Shown one piece after another: positions 1 to 9,902 of a stretch of 64,000 nucleotides of DNA. The position numbers and the translations under genes are program-made. The DNA is from a virus. The notes under the pieces are model-generated. The model searched no databases and was not told the origin of the DNA. It saw nothing but the letters and a program-made list of their open reading frames with translations. The stretch is taken from positions 16,208 through 80,207 of IMG/VR virus record IMGVR_UViG_3300032770_000017; one strand, given 5' to 3'. How positions within the stretch are numbered: the first letter of the stretch is position 1; every line of letters begins with the position of its first letter.

Positions 1-1
1 G

Positions 2-979
2 GCGGTCGACACCTGGCTGCGGATCCAGTCCTGCACCATCGGGGCCGTGACCATCGTCCCCATCCCGGCCTATCCCCAGTGCGTCATCACGCTTGCCGAT
101 CAGGCGCTCCCAGAGGCTCCCATTGCCATTGCGTCGGCACCTCCCGGCTTGCCGGCGGTGACTGCCGCTGGAGGCCCTGTAAGACCCTCTCGCAAGGCTT
201 TCGACAACCCCGGGTTCTATGTGGGCGATCCTCGTCTGGTGCGCCAGAAGTCTGGCGACTACGCGTGCCCAGCCACGGTCAGCGAGGACGGCTCGCGCTG
301 TTGGGGCCATCTTGCTGCCTGGAAGACGGCGCATACGGCCGGCGTGCGTGACGAGTACGGCCAACCACGCAAGCCCCCTCGCTCCAAGACCAACTACGCC
401 TACTTCCTCACAGGCGTTGTCGTCTGCGAGGACGGTAGCGAGGTCCCCGTGGGCAATCTGACCATGGGGACCGGACACGCCAGTGTGTACGCGCCGCTCC
501 CCGACGTGCTCGCCCACTATGACGGCGGTTACGGTGCTGTATGCGTTGCGGACGTGACGGTGGGTGAGGACGATTTCGGCATTTGGTTCGCAGGGGCCAT
601 GCGTTCGGAGCTGACCGATGAGCAACTCAGGGAGTTCAGAGCGACGAACCTGTCGGGGGACTGGCGCAACCTTGGCGGCAACCTCGAACTGGTGGCCGTG
701 CTTGCTGGCGTCCCTTCCCCCGGGTTCCCGATCGCGCGCCGAGCGGTGACGGCCGCTGGGACTCCCGTTTTCGCAGATGGCGAGGCGATGATCGCGGCCA
801 TGAACGGCGATCGCTGCCTCGCTCTTGTGGCGGCAGGGGTGGTGCAGAGGATCGATCCGTTGGAGCGACTGGCGGCTTTGGAGCGGGCCCATGAAATTCT
901 ATGGGCCGATTACCAGTCTCTCGCGGCTCGGGTACGCCCCATCGAACTGGAGCGATTGCGGGCTCAGTCGGGTCTGTGA
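2..979 (+). CDS. Capsid maturation protease-like protein, 5'-truncated by window edge
   Basis: Frame is open from base 2 (IGAVTIVPIPAY, like the HK97-type protease GAxLVxxPAF motif); GHLAAW, HYD and LSGDWR motifs typical of actinophage head-maturation proteins; upstream of major capsid. Confidence 0.7.
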   Translation, partial: AVDTWLRIQSCTIGAVTIVPIPAYPQCVITLADQALPEAPIAIASAPPGLPAVTAAGGPVRPSRKAFDNPGFYVGDPRLVRQKSGDYACPATVSEDGSRCWGHLAAWKTAHTAGVRDEYGQPRKPPRSKTNYAYFLTGVVVCEDGSEVPVGNLTMGTGHASVYAPLPDVLAHYDGGYGAVCVADVTVGEDDFGIWFAGAMRSELTDEQLREFRATNLSGDWRNLGGNLELVAVLAGVPSPGFPIARRAVTAAGTPVFADGEAMIAAMNGDRCLALVAAGVVQRIDPLERLAALERAHEILWADYQSLAARVRPIELERLRAQSGL

Positions 980-1045
980 TATAAATGGACCGGGCGGCGC
1001 CGCGAACGCCCCCGGTCCTGGCCGATCCTCTGTGGAAGGAACGAC

Positions 1046-1720
1046 ATGGTTCACGGTACCTGCTCTGTGCCAGATTGCACCAGACCCGTTTACGTGAGGT
1101 CCTGGTGTGTGGCCCATTACCAGCGTTGGCGCAAATACGGTGATCCTGCCTACCCGGTAAGAAGGACGGTGCAAAACCTCGGTTTGCCATGCAATGTGGC
1201 CGGATGTAGCCGTCCCGCCTTCCTGCGCGGTATGTGCGGACCCCACTACCGCAGGTTCAAGAGCACTGGGACGACCGATCTGAGCCCGAGGCCTCGACGG
1301 TCGAAGGGCCCCTCTATCTGCAAGATCGAAGGATGCGACTCGATCGTTGAAGCCCACGGCTGGTGCCGTGTGCATCACTGGCATTATCAAGCCCACGGTG
1401 ATCCGCTAGCAGGCCGTTTCCATGCAAAGGCTGGCGAGGGTTGGATCAACAAGAAGGGTTATCGAATGGTCCGACGGGGCAAAGGTCGGTCGAGGCCTGA
1501 GCATTGTTGGGTCATGGAGGAAATGCTCGGCCGGCCGCTAATGGTCGGTGAAGAAGTCCACCACATCAATGGCCAGAAAGCCGATAACCGCCCGCAGAAC
1601 TTGGAGTTGTGGTCAAGATCGCATCCGGCTGGTCAGCGGGTAGAGGATCTGGTCGCGTGGGCTCGGGAGATCCTGGCCCGCTACGGCGACGACTTCGTCC
1701 AGCCCAGGTTGTTGCTGTAG
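1046..1720 (+). CDS. Free-standing HNH homing endonuclease with three N-terminal CxxxxC..CxxHY repeats
   Basis: EEVHHINGQKADNRPQNLELW HNH motif; Zn-finger-like repeats. Confidence 0.9.
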   Translation: MVHGTCSVPDCTRPVYVRSWCVAHYQRWRKYGDPAYPVRRTVQNLGLPCNVAGCSRPAFLRGMCGPHYRRFKSTGTTDLSPRPRRSKGPSICKIEGCDSIVEAHGWCRVHHWHYQAHGDPLAGRFHAKAGEGWINKKGYRMVRRGKGRSRPEHCWVMEEMLGRPLMVGEEVHHINGQKADNRPQNLELWSRSHPAGQRVEDLVAWAREILARYGDDFVQPRLLL

Positions 1721-1748
1721 GCGCCTTCACAGTGGTAAGGATGGCCGC

Positions 1749-2204
1749 GTGAACACCGGCGCAGGCGTCGAAGTGGACGTGATCACCACCTGCGACCCAG
1801 AGGGCTACGGTCACGTCGGGCTCATCCTGTTGGAGGACGACGGCAAGCACCGGTGCTCGATCTGCCATGAGGAGGCCGACCCGGGCGTGGACGACGGCAA
1901 CGTGACCATCGAAACGCGGGTGACGGGTAAGGGCGCGTTGATGCCCACCCTGCGCCCACCGTGCGAGCACACCGGCGTCACGCAGCAGGTGTTCTACGCC
2001 GTCACCCGCAATGACGCGGGCGTGGTCATCGACCGGGCGGCCAAGGTCAAGCTGAGGTGCTCGTCTTGCGGGCGACCGATGCGGTGGGTCATCCCCTCGG
2101 CGCATTTCTCCGAGGTCGACGGCGAGCGGGGCCTGGTCTGTTCGGTGGTGGCGATGACCGATACCGAGGCCGAGGATGGCTGGCAGGCGGTGGCCGAGGA
2201 ATGA
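1749..2204 (+). CDS. Hypothetical protein with CxxC pairs
   Basis: High-GC3 ORF; GTAAGGAT motif just upstream of GTG (leaderless-type). Confidence 0.6.
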   Translation: MNTGAGVEVDVITTCDPEGYGHVGLILLEDDGKHRCSICHEEADPGVDDGNVTIETRVTGKGALMPTLRPPCEHTGVTQQVFYAVTRNDAGVVIDRAAKVKLRCSSCGRPMRWVIPSAHFSEVDGERGLVCSVVAMTDTEAEDGWQAVAEE

Positions 2205-2803
2205 GCGATAACGACCGCGTCGATGAGGCAGGGAATCCGCCTATCCCTCACGACGCGGACGACCATCGCATCCCCGCCCGCAAGGCCGAATGCTGCCAGG
2301 CGCACGCCGACGAGCTGGGCCGACTCCCAATAGGTTGGTGTGGGCCGGGGTGCCTGAGAAGCAGGCTGCCTGATCCGTCACCGGGCGACAAGCTGCCGTT
2401 ACCCTTCGCGGCCATGCCCACTCAACCCGTTGAGCACTGGGCCTCGGAGCCCGAAGCCCACGATTATCCGGCCGCTCTCGACTACCTGACCCTGATGATG
2501 CCTGCCAAGCAGGCCAAGGCCGCGGTCAGGGCGCTGAAGAAGGCGCCGCTCAGCCACCGTAAGGCCAAAGACCTACTCAGGGCGTCCGGCTTGGCCGCGT
2601 TGCCCAAGACGAATGTGCACGTCGCCAAAGACCTCGCCAAGGTGGCGGGAGGGACGAAGTTGTCGCCCGTCCTCATTGTGCGCGACGACACATCGGTCGG
2701 GTCATTGCTGCTTATTGCCGACGGCTACCATCGCATTTGCGCCAGTTACATAATCGATGAGAACGCCGAAATCCCCTGTCGCCTTATCTCGTCAAAGGCG
2801 TGA
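2201..2803 (+). CDS. ParB/Sulfiredoxin N-terminal-like domain protein
   Basis: SPVLIV...LLIADGYHR motif; ATG 2201 overlaps upstream stop (ATGA). Confidence 0.55.
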   Translation: MSDNDRVDEAGNPPIPHDADDHRIPARKAECCQAHADELGRLPIGWCGPGCLRSRLPDPSPGDKLPLPFAAMPTQPVEHWASEPEAHDYPAALDYLTLMMPAKQAKAAVRALKKAPLSHRKAKDLLRASGLAALPKTNVHVAKDLAKVAGGTKLSPVLIVRDDTSVGSLLLIADGYHRICASYIIDENAEIPCRLISSKA

Positions 2804-3240
2804 CCTCTAACCGCGATGAAATCGTGTTTGGCGGGCTTGATGGCCTGACCAGTGCCCTCGGCGTGATGGCCGGCGCCTACCTCGCCAACGCCCGGGCCAA
2901 GACGGTGCTGATCACCGGGCTCGGGCTCGCCATCGCCGCGGCGGTGTCCATGGCCGGCGGTGAGGCCCTGAGCGACGAGGAGGCCGATGGGCGGATCGTG
3001 CGGGCGGCATACATGGGCGGCGCTACCTTGGTCGGGTCGTTCCTGCCGATCGCCGGGTTCATCTTCGACCGCCGTGCCGGGCTGGTGTTCTGCATCGTGA
3101 TCACGGTGTGCGTGGGCGCCACTGTTGCCCATCTGCGCCCCGGCGCCTGGTGGCCATCGATCGTCAAGACCTTCGCCGTACTGGCGGTGGCGGCTGGGCT
3201 ATCGGTGGTGGCAGCGGTCGCGATGGGGGCCACGGGTTAG
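2800..3240 (+). CDS. VIT1/CCC1-family membrane protein
   Basis: RDEIVFGGLDGLTSALGVMAG and GLAIAAAVSMAGGEALS are VIT1-type signatures; about 5 hydrophobic segments. Confidence 0.75.
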   Translation: MTSNRDEIVFGGLDGLTSALGVMAGAYLANARAKTVLITGLGLAIAAAVSMAGGEALSDEEADGRIVRAAYMGGATLVGSFLPIAGFIFDRRAGLVFCIVITVCVGATVAHLRPGAWWPSIVKTFAVLAVAAGLSVVAAVAMGATG

Positions 3241-3309
3241 GCCATCACACCCCCTCTCGTGCGCCCCGCATAGCGTTGCGGCGCCCCCTTCGGAGCGAGG
3301 AGCCCTCCC

Positions 3310-4365
3310 TTGCGCAGATTCCTACTGGCCGCCATTGCCGCTGTGCTCGTCCTCTCTGCCTGCTCGGGGGGCACGAAGGGAAAGCCGCCCGTCCCGGCTG
3401 TGTCAGGCACCGTTGTCGGCGTATCTCTTTCCGCAAATGCCGCCAATAGGTACATGGCTGCAGGCGCGGTGTGGAACGTCTTTTGCCCGAACAAGCTGAC
3501 CTCCTCGCAGATCGCCTCCAATGAGGTCCACCTCGTTTGCGCCGTCCCGGCGACGACCACGACGGCGCCCGCGACCACCACAACGGTGGCTCCCACCACG
3601 ACTCGGCCAGCGACAACCACGACGTTGCCCGGCGGCACGACGACCGTGCCCGCGACCACGACGACCACCGTTCCGGCCACCACCACGACGGTCCCGACCA
3701 GTGGCACCTGTACGAGCCCGGTGTGGTCGAGCAGCGACGCTCAGGCCACCGACAACACCGACAGCGCCGGGTACTGGTGGGTGAACAACGACGCCTGGTC
3801 GGGCAGCCACGGCCCGCAGACGATCAACGTGTGCAGCGCGTCGTCTTGGTACGCGGTGTCCAACCAGACCGATCAGCAAGGCGCGGTTGAGACCTATCCC
3901 GACACCGAGTATTTCGTCGGCGGCGGCGGTGGGGGCCACACGACCAAGACCATCTCGCAGTTCGCCAGCATCACTTCGACGTTCTCCGAGGCGTTCCCCA
4001 CCACGACCGGCTTGTCGTGGGACGCGGGCTACGACCTGTGGACGAACAACTGGACGAATGAAACGATGATCTGGAACCAGTGGGTCGGCGACCCGGGCTA
4101 CTGGCCAGGACAGGCGACCATCGCCGTGACGCTCGATGGCGTGCCCTACCACTTCCTCGACAACGGCGGCGAGCTGCTGTTCTTCAGGGACACGCAGGTC
4201 GCCTCGGGCTCCGTGGACATCCTCGCTGCCTACCAGTGGGAGGTCGCCCACGGCTACGCCAAGGCCACCGACATCCCGACCAATCTGGAGTACGGCGTGG
4301 AGGTCGTGGGCACGAACGGTGCGACCACATTCCCGCTGACCGGTCTGACCTTCAGCCTGTCGTGA
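3310..4365 (+). CDS. Lipoprotein with Thr-rich linker and GH12-like glycoside hydrolase domain
   Basis: Lipobox LSAC; poly-TTT linker; YWWVNNDAW, AGYDLW, ETMIW and YGVEV match the GH12 pattern with two Glu. Confidence 0.7.
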   Translation: MRRFLLAAIAAVLVLSACSGGTKGKPPVPAVSGTVVGVSLSANAANRYMAAGAVWNVFCPNKLTSSQIASNEVHLVCAVPATTTTAPATTTTVAPTTTRPATTTTLPGGTTTVPATTTTTVPATTTTVPTSGTCTSPVWSSSDAQATDNTDSAGYWWVNNDAWSGSHGPQTINVCSASSWYAVSNQTDQQGAVETYPDTEYFVGGGGGGHTTKTISQFASITSTFSEAFPTTTGLSWDAGYDLWTNNWTNETMIWNQWVGDPGYWPGQATIAVTLDGVPYHFLDNGGELLFFRDTQVASGSVDILAAYQWEVAHGYAKATDIPTNLEYGVEVVGTNGATTFPLTGLTFSLS

Positions 4366-4682
4366 CCCCCTTGCGCGCCGTCGCCACCCGGGCAGTCAGT
4401 GAGCCCCGTCACTGGCCGCTGCGCAAGGTGGCGGCGATCGGGCTCCCGTTGCTGCTGCTCGGCGCCCTCGGGATCACGCTCGGCCTCCTGGCCCACGCCC
4501 ACCACACCTACCGCACCGTGGTCCAGACGGCCACGGTCGGCGCCCAGCCGGCGACGGTGCACGCGGCCCCCACGGACCCGCAGAACACGATCGCTCTAGT
4601 GACCTGTGTCTGCGGCGTGGTCGCCACCCTGACCGGCGTGGGGACGTTCGTGGTCAGCCTGCGCAAGGCCCCAGCCTCGTGA
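4362..4682 (+). CDS. Small membrane protein (2 TM)
   Basis: GTG overlaps upstream stop; two hydrophobic stretches. Confidence 0.5.
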   Translation: MTPLRAVATRAVSEPRHWPLRKVAAIGLPLLLLGALGITLGLLAHAHHTYRTVVQTATVGAQPATVHAAPTDPQNTIALVTCVCGVVATLTGVGTFVVSLRKAPAS

Positions 4683-5149
4683 AACTGCACCGGCCTCATC
4701 CCCATCCGGCCGTCCGGCGACCCGACCAACTGACCCGGGGCGAGCGGGCGGCCGACGTGATGAAGGGCGCGCTGGCGACCTGGGCCGCGCTCGGGTTCAT
4801 GGCGGCATTCATTGCCGGGTGGATGGTGCTCAATAGCCACCTTGCGGGGCGTAGCCACCACTTCGATCCATATCCCTGGATCCTCCTGAACCTCTGCCTC
4901 TCGACCTTGGCCGGGCTGCAGTGCTTCGTGCTCCTGATCGCCAACCGCCGGGGCGAGCAGATCGCGGCCGAAATCGCCGTGGCCACCAAGAACAACACCG
5001 ACGGGATCGCGGCGGAACTGGCGGTCAATACGACCCTCACCAAGGCCGTGCAGGCCAATACCGACCAGATCGCGGAGGTGCACCGCCACGTCACGGCCCT
5101 CACCCGGCACCTCAATGTGCCCGCCGGGCGGTTCGATCCCGATACCTGA
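4679..5149 (+). CDS. DUF1003-family membrane protein
   Basis: FDPYPWILLNLCLSTLAGLQ signature. Confidence 0.8.
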   Translation: MKLHRPHPHPAVRRPDQLTRGERAADVMKGALATWAALGFMAAFIAGWMVLNSHLAGRSHHFDPYPWILLNLCLSTLAGLQCFVLLIANRRGEQIAAEIAVATKNNTDGIAAELAVNTTLTKAVQANTDQIAEVHRHVTALTRHLNVPAGRFDPDT

Positions 5150-5311
5150 TCACTCCGCGCCATTGACGCGTTGTGGTATCTATCTGAGGGACCGCCCGAC
5201 GTAGTTGGACGGTCGCAGCACCTCCGGTCCATAGGTGCCGGGTGGACGAGCCGACGCCGCCACAGGCAGGCGCATCCCGTTCCGACCGCGCCCAGAACCG
5301 GAGGACAACCC

Positions 5312-7576
5312 GTGGACGCACTGCACATCAACCGATTCGCTGCGTTCGCCGCCGATGGCTCGATGACCAGCCTGGTGGCCGAGGGGCTGCCCGAATGGCC
5401 CACCGACGGCGCCCTCGGAGCGATCGCCGATGCCGACCTGTACGCGATGGAGCAGGCGTACCTCGCCGAGTTCGCCGCCATCGAAGCCGACCCGTCCCGC
5501 CCGGTGGGCGACGCCGTGGCCCTCGCCGAGCACGTTCGTGCCCTGCGCGACGAGGCCGAGCGCCGTATGGCCGCCGAGCCCGTCCCTGAGCCCACGGCCG
5601 AGGAACTGGCCGCCCAGGCCGCAGCCGATGAGGCCGCGGCCGCGCTCGCCGCCGAGCGGGAGGCCCAACTGGCCGCCCTGCGCGCCGAGATCACCCCCGA
5701 GCCCGGTGCGGGCGAGACCATCCCCGAGGGCACGGCGTTCAGCCGCGAAGACCTCGTGGCCGCCGTCACCGCCGGTGCCGAAGCCGCGGCACGGGCCATC
5801 GTGCCCGCCGTCACCGCTGCCATCGCCCAGGCTGCCCCGGTCACCGAGCCGGCCCCTGGCGTCACGATCACCCGCATGCGGGCCCGTGACCTCGGTGGCT
5901 ATCGCCCCGACCACCTCGCCCCGGCGCCAGCCAACGGCGCCGAGCGCAGCCGGTTCACAGCCAAGGTCGTCTCAGCCACCGACTCGTCCGCGGTCGGCCT
6001 CGGCGGCGAGATCCAGACCATGGACCAGCTCGTGGACATCTTCACCGAGAAGGCTCTCGCCATCGGGCGGGCATCCGGTGTGGACAACGAGCAGGTCAAG
6101 TTGGCCTCGATCAAGCTCGACCGGGTGCCGCCGGAGATGGACCTGCGCGGTATCACCGACGGCCGGGAACTGCGCCGCAAGGTGCTGTCGGTCATCGGCC
6201 CCGAGGCCGTTGGCGTCAACCCGTGGACCGGCCGTGAGGCCCCCATCGGGCGCGGCGGTGTCGTGCACGTCGGAGAGGGCCTGGTCGCATCCGGCGGGTT
6301 GGCCGCACCGGTCGAGCCGTACTACAACCAGCTCGTCATCGCCCAGGGCGCACGCCCTGTGCAGGCGGCGTTGCCGACCTTCGTGGCCGAACGAGGCGGG
6401 ATCAAGCTCACGCTGCCTCCCTCCATCGGCACGATCGCGGCGGCCACCACGCCCGGGCAGTACACCGACGGTGTGACCAACACCGATACCTCGCTGGTGT
6501 CAGCCACGGCCACCTTCACCGCCGCCGATGCCGGCTCGTACATCTCCGGCTCGCCGACGATCTTCGCCGAGGGCACGATCATCGCCAGCGTCACCAACTC
6601 GACGACGGTGGTCCTGTCGGCGGCCACGCTCACGACCACCACGGGCGTGACCTTCGTGATCCAGCGGCGCAACCCTTACAACCTCGGGCCTGCCGTTGGT
6701 GTCGTCACCGCCGCCCAGGACGCCGCAGGGCCGCCGAACGTGATCAAGTACACCTACGACGTGCCCGTCGGCACGCAGAACGAGTACGACGTCTATTCGG
6801 TCTACACGTCGCTGCAGTTCGGCAACCTGACCGGGCGCACCTTCCCCGAGCAGGTGGAGGCCAACATCCGCGTCGCCGACGCGCTGGCCGCCCGGACCGC
6901 GGACACGCAGATGCTGAACCTCATCAGCCTCTACTCGACGCTGTTCACCGGGGCCAAGACGTTCGGCACGGCACGCCAACTGCTCGCCCAGTTGGGCCAC
7001 ATGGGAGCGGTGTACCGCAACTCCGAGCGTATGGACCCGAGCGCCGTGCTGCGGGTGCTGCTGCCGGCGTGGGCGATCAACGCCATGCGGGGCGACTACA
7101 TCGCCTCGTTCATCGGTGGCGGCGACGCCTGGGGCCTCTCCGACGACGAGATCGCCGGGTGGCTGGCCGACAACCACTTCATGCTCAGCCTCTACCAGGA
7201 CGGCCCGACGGACATCTCGCAGCTCTTCGTCACCACCGGCTTCTCGGGGGCGACGGGCAACGGGACCACGCTCGGGACGCCGATCGCCATCCCCGACTAC
7301 CCGGGCACTGGCGCGACCACCTCGTTCCGCACGCAGGTGATCTCGTTCATGTGGGCCGAGGGGACGTGGCTCGGGCTGACCACCGGGGAACTGAATTTGG
7401 GCCTAGTTCGGGATAGCATACTCAATTCACAGAACCGATACCGTCAATTCTCTGAAGTGTGGGAGACTCCCGCTTTCGTGGGAACTCGCACGCTGCGGGG
7501 AGAGCACACGGTTGCGGCAGACGGCAGCTACGGCGCCGCCGTGTCGGTCACTCTTGGGGCCGGCAACGGGCTCTAG
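5312..7576 (+). CDS. Major capsid protein with N-terminal Ala/Glu-rich scaffold-like region and inserted S/T-rich domain
   Basis: GGAGGA RBS before GTG 5312; LVASGGLAAP, LPTFVAERGGI, FPEQV and LNLGLVRDSILNSQNRY motifs of actinophage capsids. Confidence 0.85.
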   Translation: MDALHINRFAAFAADGSMTSLVAEGLPEWPTDGALGAIADADLYAMEQAYLAEFAAIEADPSRPVGDAVALAEHVRALRDEAERRMAAEPVPEPTAEELAAQAAADEAAAALAAEREAQLAALRAEITPEPGAGETIPEGTAFSREDLVAAVTAGAEAAARAIVPAVTAAIAQAAPVTEPAPGVTITRMRARDLGGYRPDHLAPAPANGAERSRFTAKVVSATDSSAVGLGGEIQTMDQLVDIFTEKALAIGRASGVDNEQVKLASIKLDRVPPEMDLRGITDGRELRRKVLSVIGPEAVGVNPWTGREAPIGRGGVVHVGEGLVASGGLAAPVEPYYNQLVIAQGARPVQAALPTFVAERGGIKLTLPPSIGTIAAATTPGQYTDGVTNTDTSLVSATATFTAADAGSYISGSPTIFAEGTIIASVTNSTTVVLSAATLTTTTGVTFVIQRRNPYNLGPAVGVVTAAQDAAGPPNVIKYTYDVPVGTQNEYDVYSVYTSLQFGNLTGRTFPEQVEANIRVADALAARTADTQMLNLISLYSTLFTGAKTFGTARQLLAQLGHMGAVYRNSERMDPSAVLRVLLPAWAINAMRGDYIASFIGGGDAWGLSDDEIAGWLADNHFMLSLYQDGPTDISQLFVTTGFSGATGNGTTLGTPIAIPDYPGTGATTSFRTQVISFMWAEGTWLGLTTGELNLGLVRDSILNSQNRYRQFSEVWETPAFVGTRTLRGEHTVAADGSYGAAVSVTLGAGNGL

Positions 7577-8421
7577 GAGTCGTCGCCTTGTCCCTTTCGC
7601 CTCGCTCGGCTCTCTGCGGCCTGCACCCGTCGGTACTCGCGCGCCTCATCGGGCGTCAGGTCACGGCTGCGTTTGCCGAAGAGGCGAAAGGCCAGCGTTC
7701 CTCGGTAGTACTCCTCGGTGGTCTCCCGGCCATCGAGGAGTCGCTGCCGGTCGCGCTGGGCTTGGGACTTGGCTCGGTCGAAGGTTCTTCTTTCCTCCGG
7801 CGTGAGGTCACGAAGCCGCTTGCCGAACATCTGCCAGGCGGGCGTCTCGTGCACCCATCGGGAACTGGAGCCCTGAACGCGCGGGCCATGTTGGAGGAAT
7901 GCAGTGAGCAGTTCGTGCGCCCGTTCCTTGCGCCGGGCGCCAAGCCATGCCCAGAAAAGGCAGACGATGTGCTGGAACTCTTCGTGACTGCCGACCTGCC
8001 AGATCAGGATCGGTTTGCGGCCACCGGGCCGTTCCTTCGGTCCAGTGATGCTGCCGACCTGCACGATGGCAGCGAAGCGCTCGACTACGTCGTAGTCGGT
8101 CATCGCCAGTGTCGCCGTTGGCCCACCGCGGCCAGGGCTCCTAGAGAAACATCCCTCTCCCTCGAAGAGCGCGGCCGCCCAAGCGATTTCGGCCGCGCTC
8201 GGCATCACGAAAGATGCTCGGATCTTTCGCACTGGGACCGGCTCCGGTTTGCGCCCGCGTTGCTTGACCACCAGGGGATCACCCCATCGGTGGTAGCGAC
8301 GGGCATGCTTCCCGCAGAGCGGCTCGCCTTCGGCGCCGGTGCCGTTGGCTGCTCGTCCACAGACGACGCCATCCTCAATGACGGCGCAGGCCTTGCCGAG
8401 AACCTCGTTACGCTGACTCAT
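7573..8421 (-). CDS. Free-standing LAGLIDADG homing endonuclease, antisense
   Basis: AEIAWAAALFEGEGCF motif; N-terminal LCGKHARRYHRWGDP; own TATAAT and GGAGG upstream. Confidence 0.85.
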   Translation of the reverse strand: MSQRNEVLGKACAVIEDGVVCGRAANGTGAEGEPLCGKHARRYHRWGDPLVVKQRGRKPEPVPVRKIRASFVMPSAAEIAWAAALFEGEGCFSRSPGRGGPTATLAMTDYDVVERFAAIVQVGSITGPKERPGGRKPILIWQVGSHEEFQHIVCLFWAWLGARRKERAHELLTAFLQHGPRVQGSSSRWVHETPAWQMFGKRLRDLTPEERRTFDRAKSQAQRDRQRLLDGRETTEEYYRGTLAFRLFGKRSRDLTPDEAREYRRVQAAESRARRKGQGDDS

Positions 8422-8507
8422 GTCGGACCTCCTCACAGGTTCGGCCGGGGCCGGGGGTGCGCAAACACCGCCCGGCCCTCCCATTATAGCAAGTGTAGGA
8501 GACGGCC

Positions 8508-9890
8508 ATGAGCGGGCCGACCATGTCGAGCGTCGTTGGGGTCGATTACACCCTGGACCCGGGACCGCCGCTCAAACTGCCGCCCCTCTCGTTGCTGTCG
8601 TTGGCATCGCCGTTGGTGGACATCGACGACCTGATTGGGCAGCAGCAGCAGGCGGCCGAGATGGTCCTGTCGGCACAAAGCGACCTGAGCGCCCTCGAAG
8701 CGCCCATGGATGCCGACGAGTCGATCGACACGCTGGAGCGCCAGCAGGCCACAGAGGCCGCGCAGAACCGCGTCCAGGAGGGCGAGGCGTGGCTGTCGGC
8801 GGTCAACAAGCGCCTGGCCGAGGTGCAGCGCTGGGAGCACGGGTTCCAGTACCTGCCCGAGTTATCCCAGTCGGCTGGCATGTCGATCTTCGCCCCCGAC
8901 GGCGACCCGGCCATCACCAACCCCACCGTCGGCGCGATCAAGACGGTCGGGCCCAATCAGACGGCGTTCGCGTGGTACGACCCCTTCCAGGTGGTCGCCC
9001 TTGATTCGCGGTCGCTGTTCGGCTGGCCCAACACCGACTTCGCCTCACGGTCGCGCCGTGCCCTGCGGGCGCTGCAGAACCACGAGTCGTGGGACGTGGA
9101 GCAGGAGTTCTGGAGCGGGAGCAGCATCCCGACGAACTACCACCTCTCCGCATCGCCCAGCACGCCGACCACATCACCGCACCGCACGGTCACGGGTTGG
9201 CCCAACCCCACCGCCGCGTCAGGGACCACGCTTGGGACCGCGGTCGGGCTCGGTGCGTCGTTGGCCGCGCTTGACCAGTCAATCGCAGACGCAGACGCGG
9301 GCACCGGTGTCATCCACGCCACGCCGTACCTCGTGCAGCGCTGGGCGTCGGTGTACTCGTACCTGCGGGACTCCGACGGCCACGTCTACACGGTCAACCA
9401 CAACCTGATCCTGGCGGGCTACGGCTACCCGGGCACCGGTCCCGACGTGGCCTCGCGCACGGTCACAGACGGTGTGCTGGCGTCGACCACCACCGTCACG
9501 AGCGCCACCGCCAACTTCACGAACTTCGACATCGGCTCATCCATCTCCGCTGCCGACGGAAAGATCCCGGCTGGCGCCTACATCGTGAGCGTCACCAACT
9601 CCACAACCGTGATCATCTCGGCCGCGGCCACGGCATCGGAGTCCGGGGTCACGATCACCATCGGCGCGTCGCAGGCCCACATCGGCGGCAACCGCTACCA
9701 GTGGGCCTACGCGACCGACTGGCTCTACACCTGCGCAGGCGCGGCCCAGATCTACCCGTGGGACTTCCGCCAGGGCTCACCCGACGTGCCACTCGACAAC
9801 CTCGCCGAGATCCGCGTGGAGCGGAGCTGGGCCGTGCTTACGAACCAGTTGCTCAGAGCCGCCGTCCTCGTCGACACCGGCACGGCATAG
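8508..9890 (+). CDS. Virion structural protein (minor capsid/decoration-like) with inserted S/T-rich domain
   Basis: Between capsid and tail tube; RWEHG, GVIHA, GYGYPGTGP and WAYAT motifs. Confidence 0.6.
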   Translation: MSGPTMSSVVGVDYTLDPGPPLKLPPLSLLSLASPLVDIDDLIGQQQQAAEMVLSAQSDLSALEAPMDADESIDTLERQQATEAAQNRVQEGEAWLSAVNKRLAEVQRWEHGFQYLPELSQSAGMSIFAPDGDPAITNPTVGAIKTVGPNQTAFAWYDPFQVVALDSRSLFGWPNTDFASRSRRALRALQNHESWDVEQEFWSGSSIPTNYHLSASPSTPTTSPHRTVTGWPNPTAASGTTLGTAVGLGASLAALDQSIADADAGTGVIHATPYLVQRWASVYSYLRDSDGHVYTVNHNLILAGYGYPGTGPDVASRTVTDGVLASTTTVTSATANFTNFDIGSSISAADGKIPAGAYIVSVTNSTTVIISAAATASESGVTITIGASQAHIGGNRYQWAYATDWLYTCAGAAQIYPWDFRQGSPDVPLDNLAEIRVERSWAVLTNQLLRAAVLVDTGTA

Positions 9891-9902
9891 AAAGGAACGG
9901 CC

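Noticed and set aside
4696-5914. Long antisense ORFs (also 30130-31758, 16433-17671 and many others)
   Set aside because: Shadow frames of high-GC genes with recognisable products on the opposite strand
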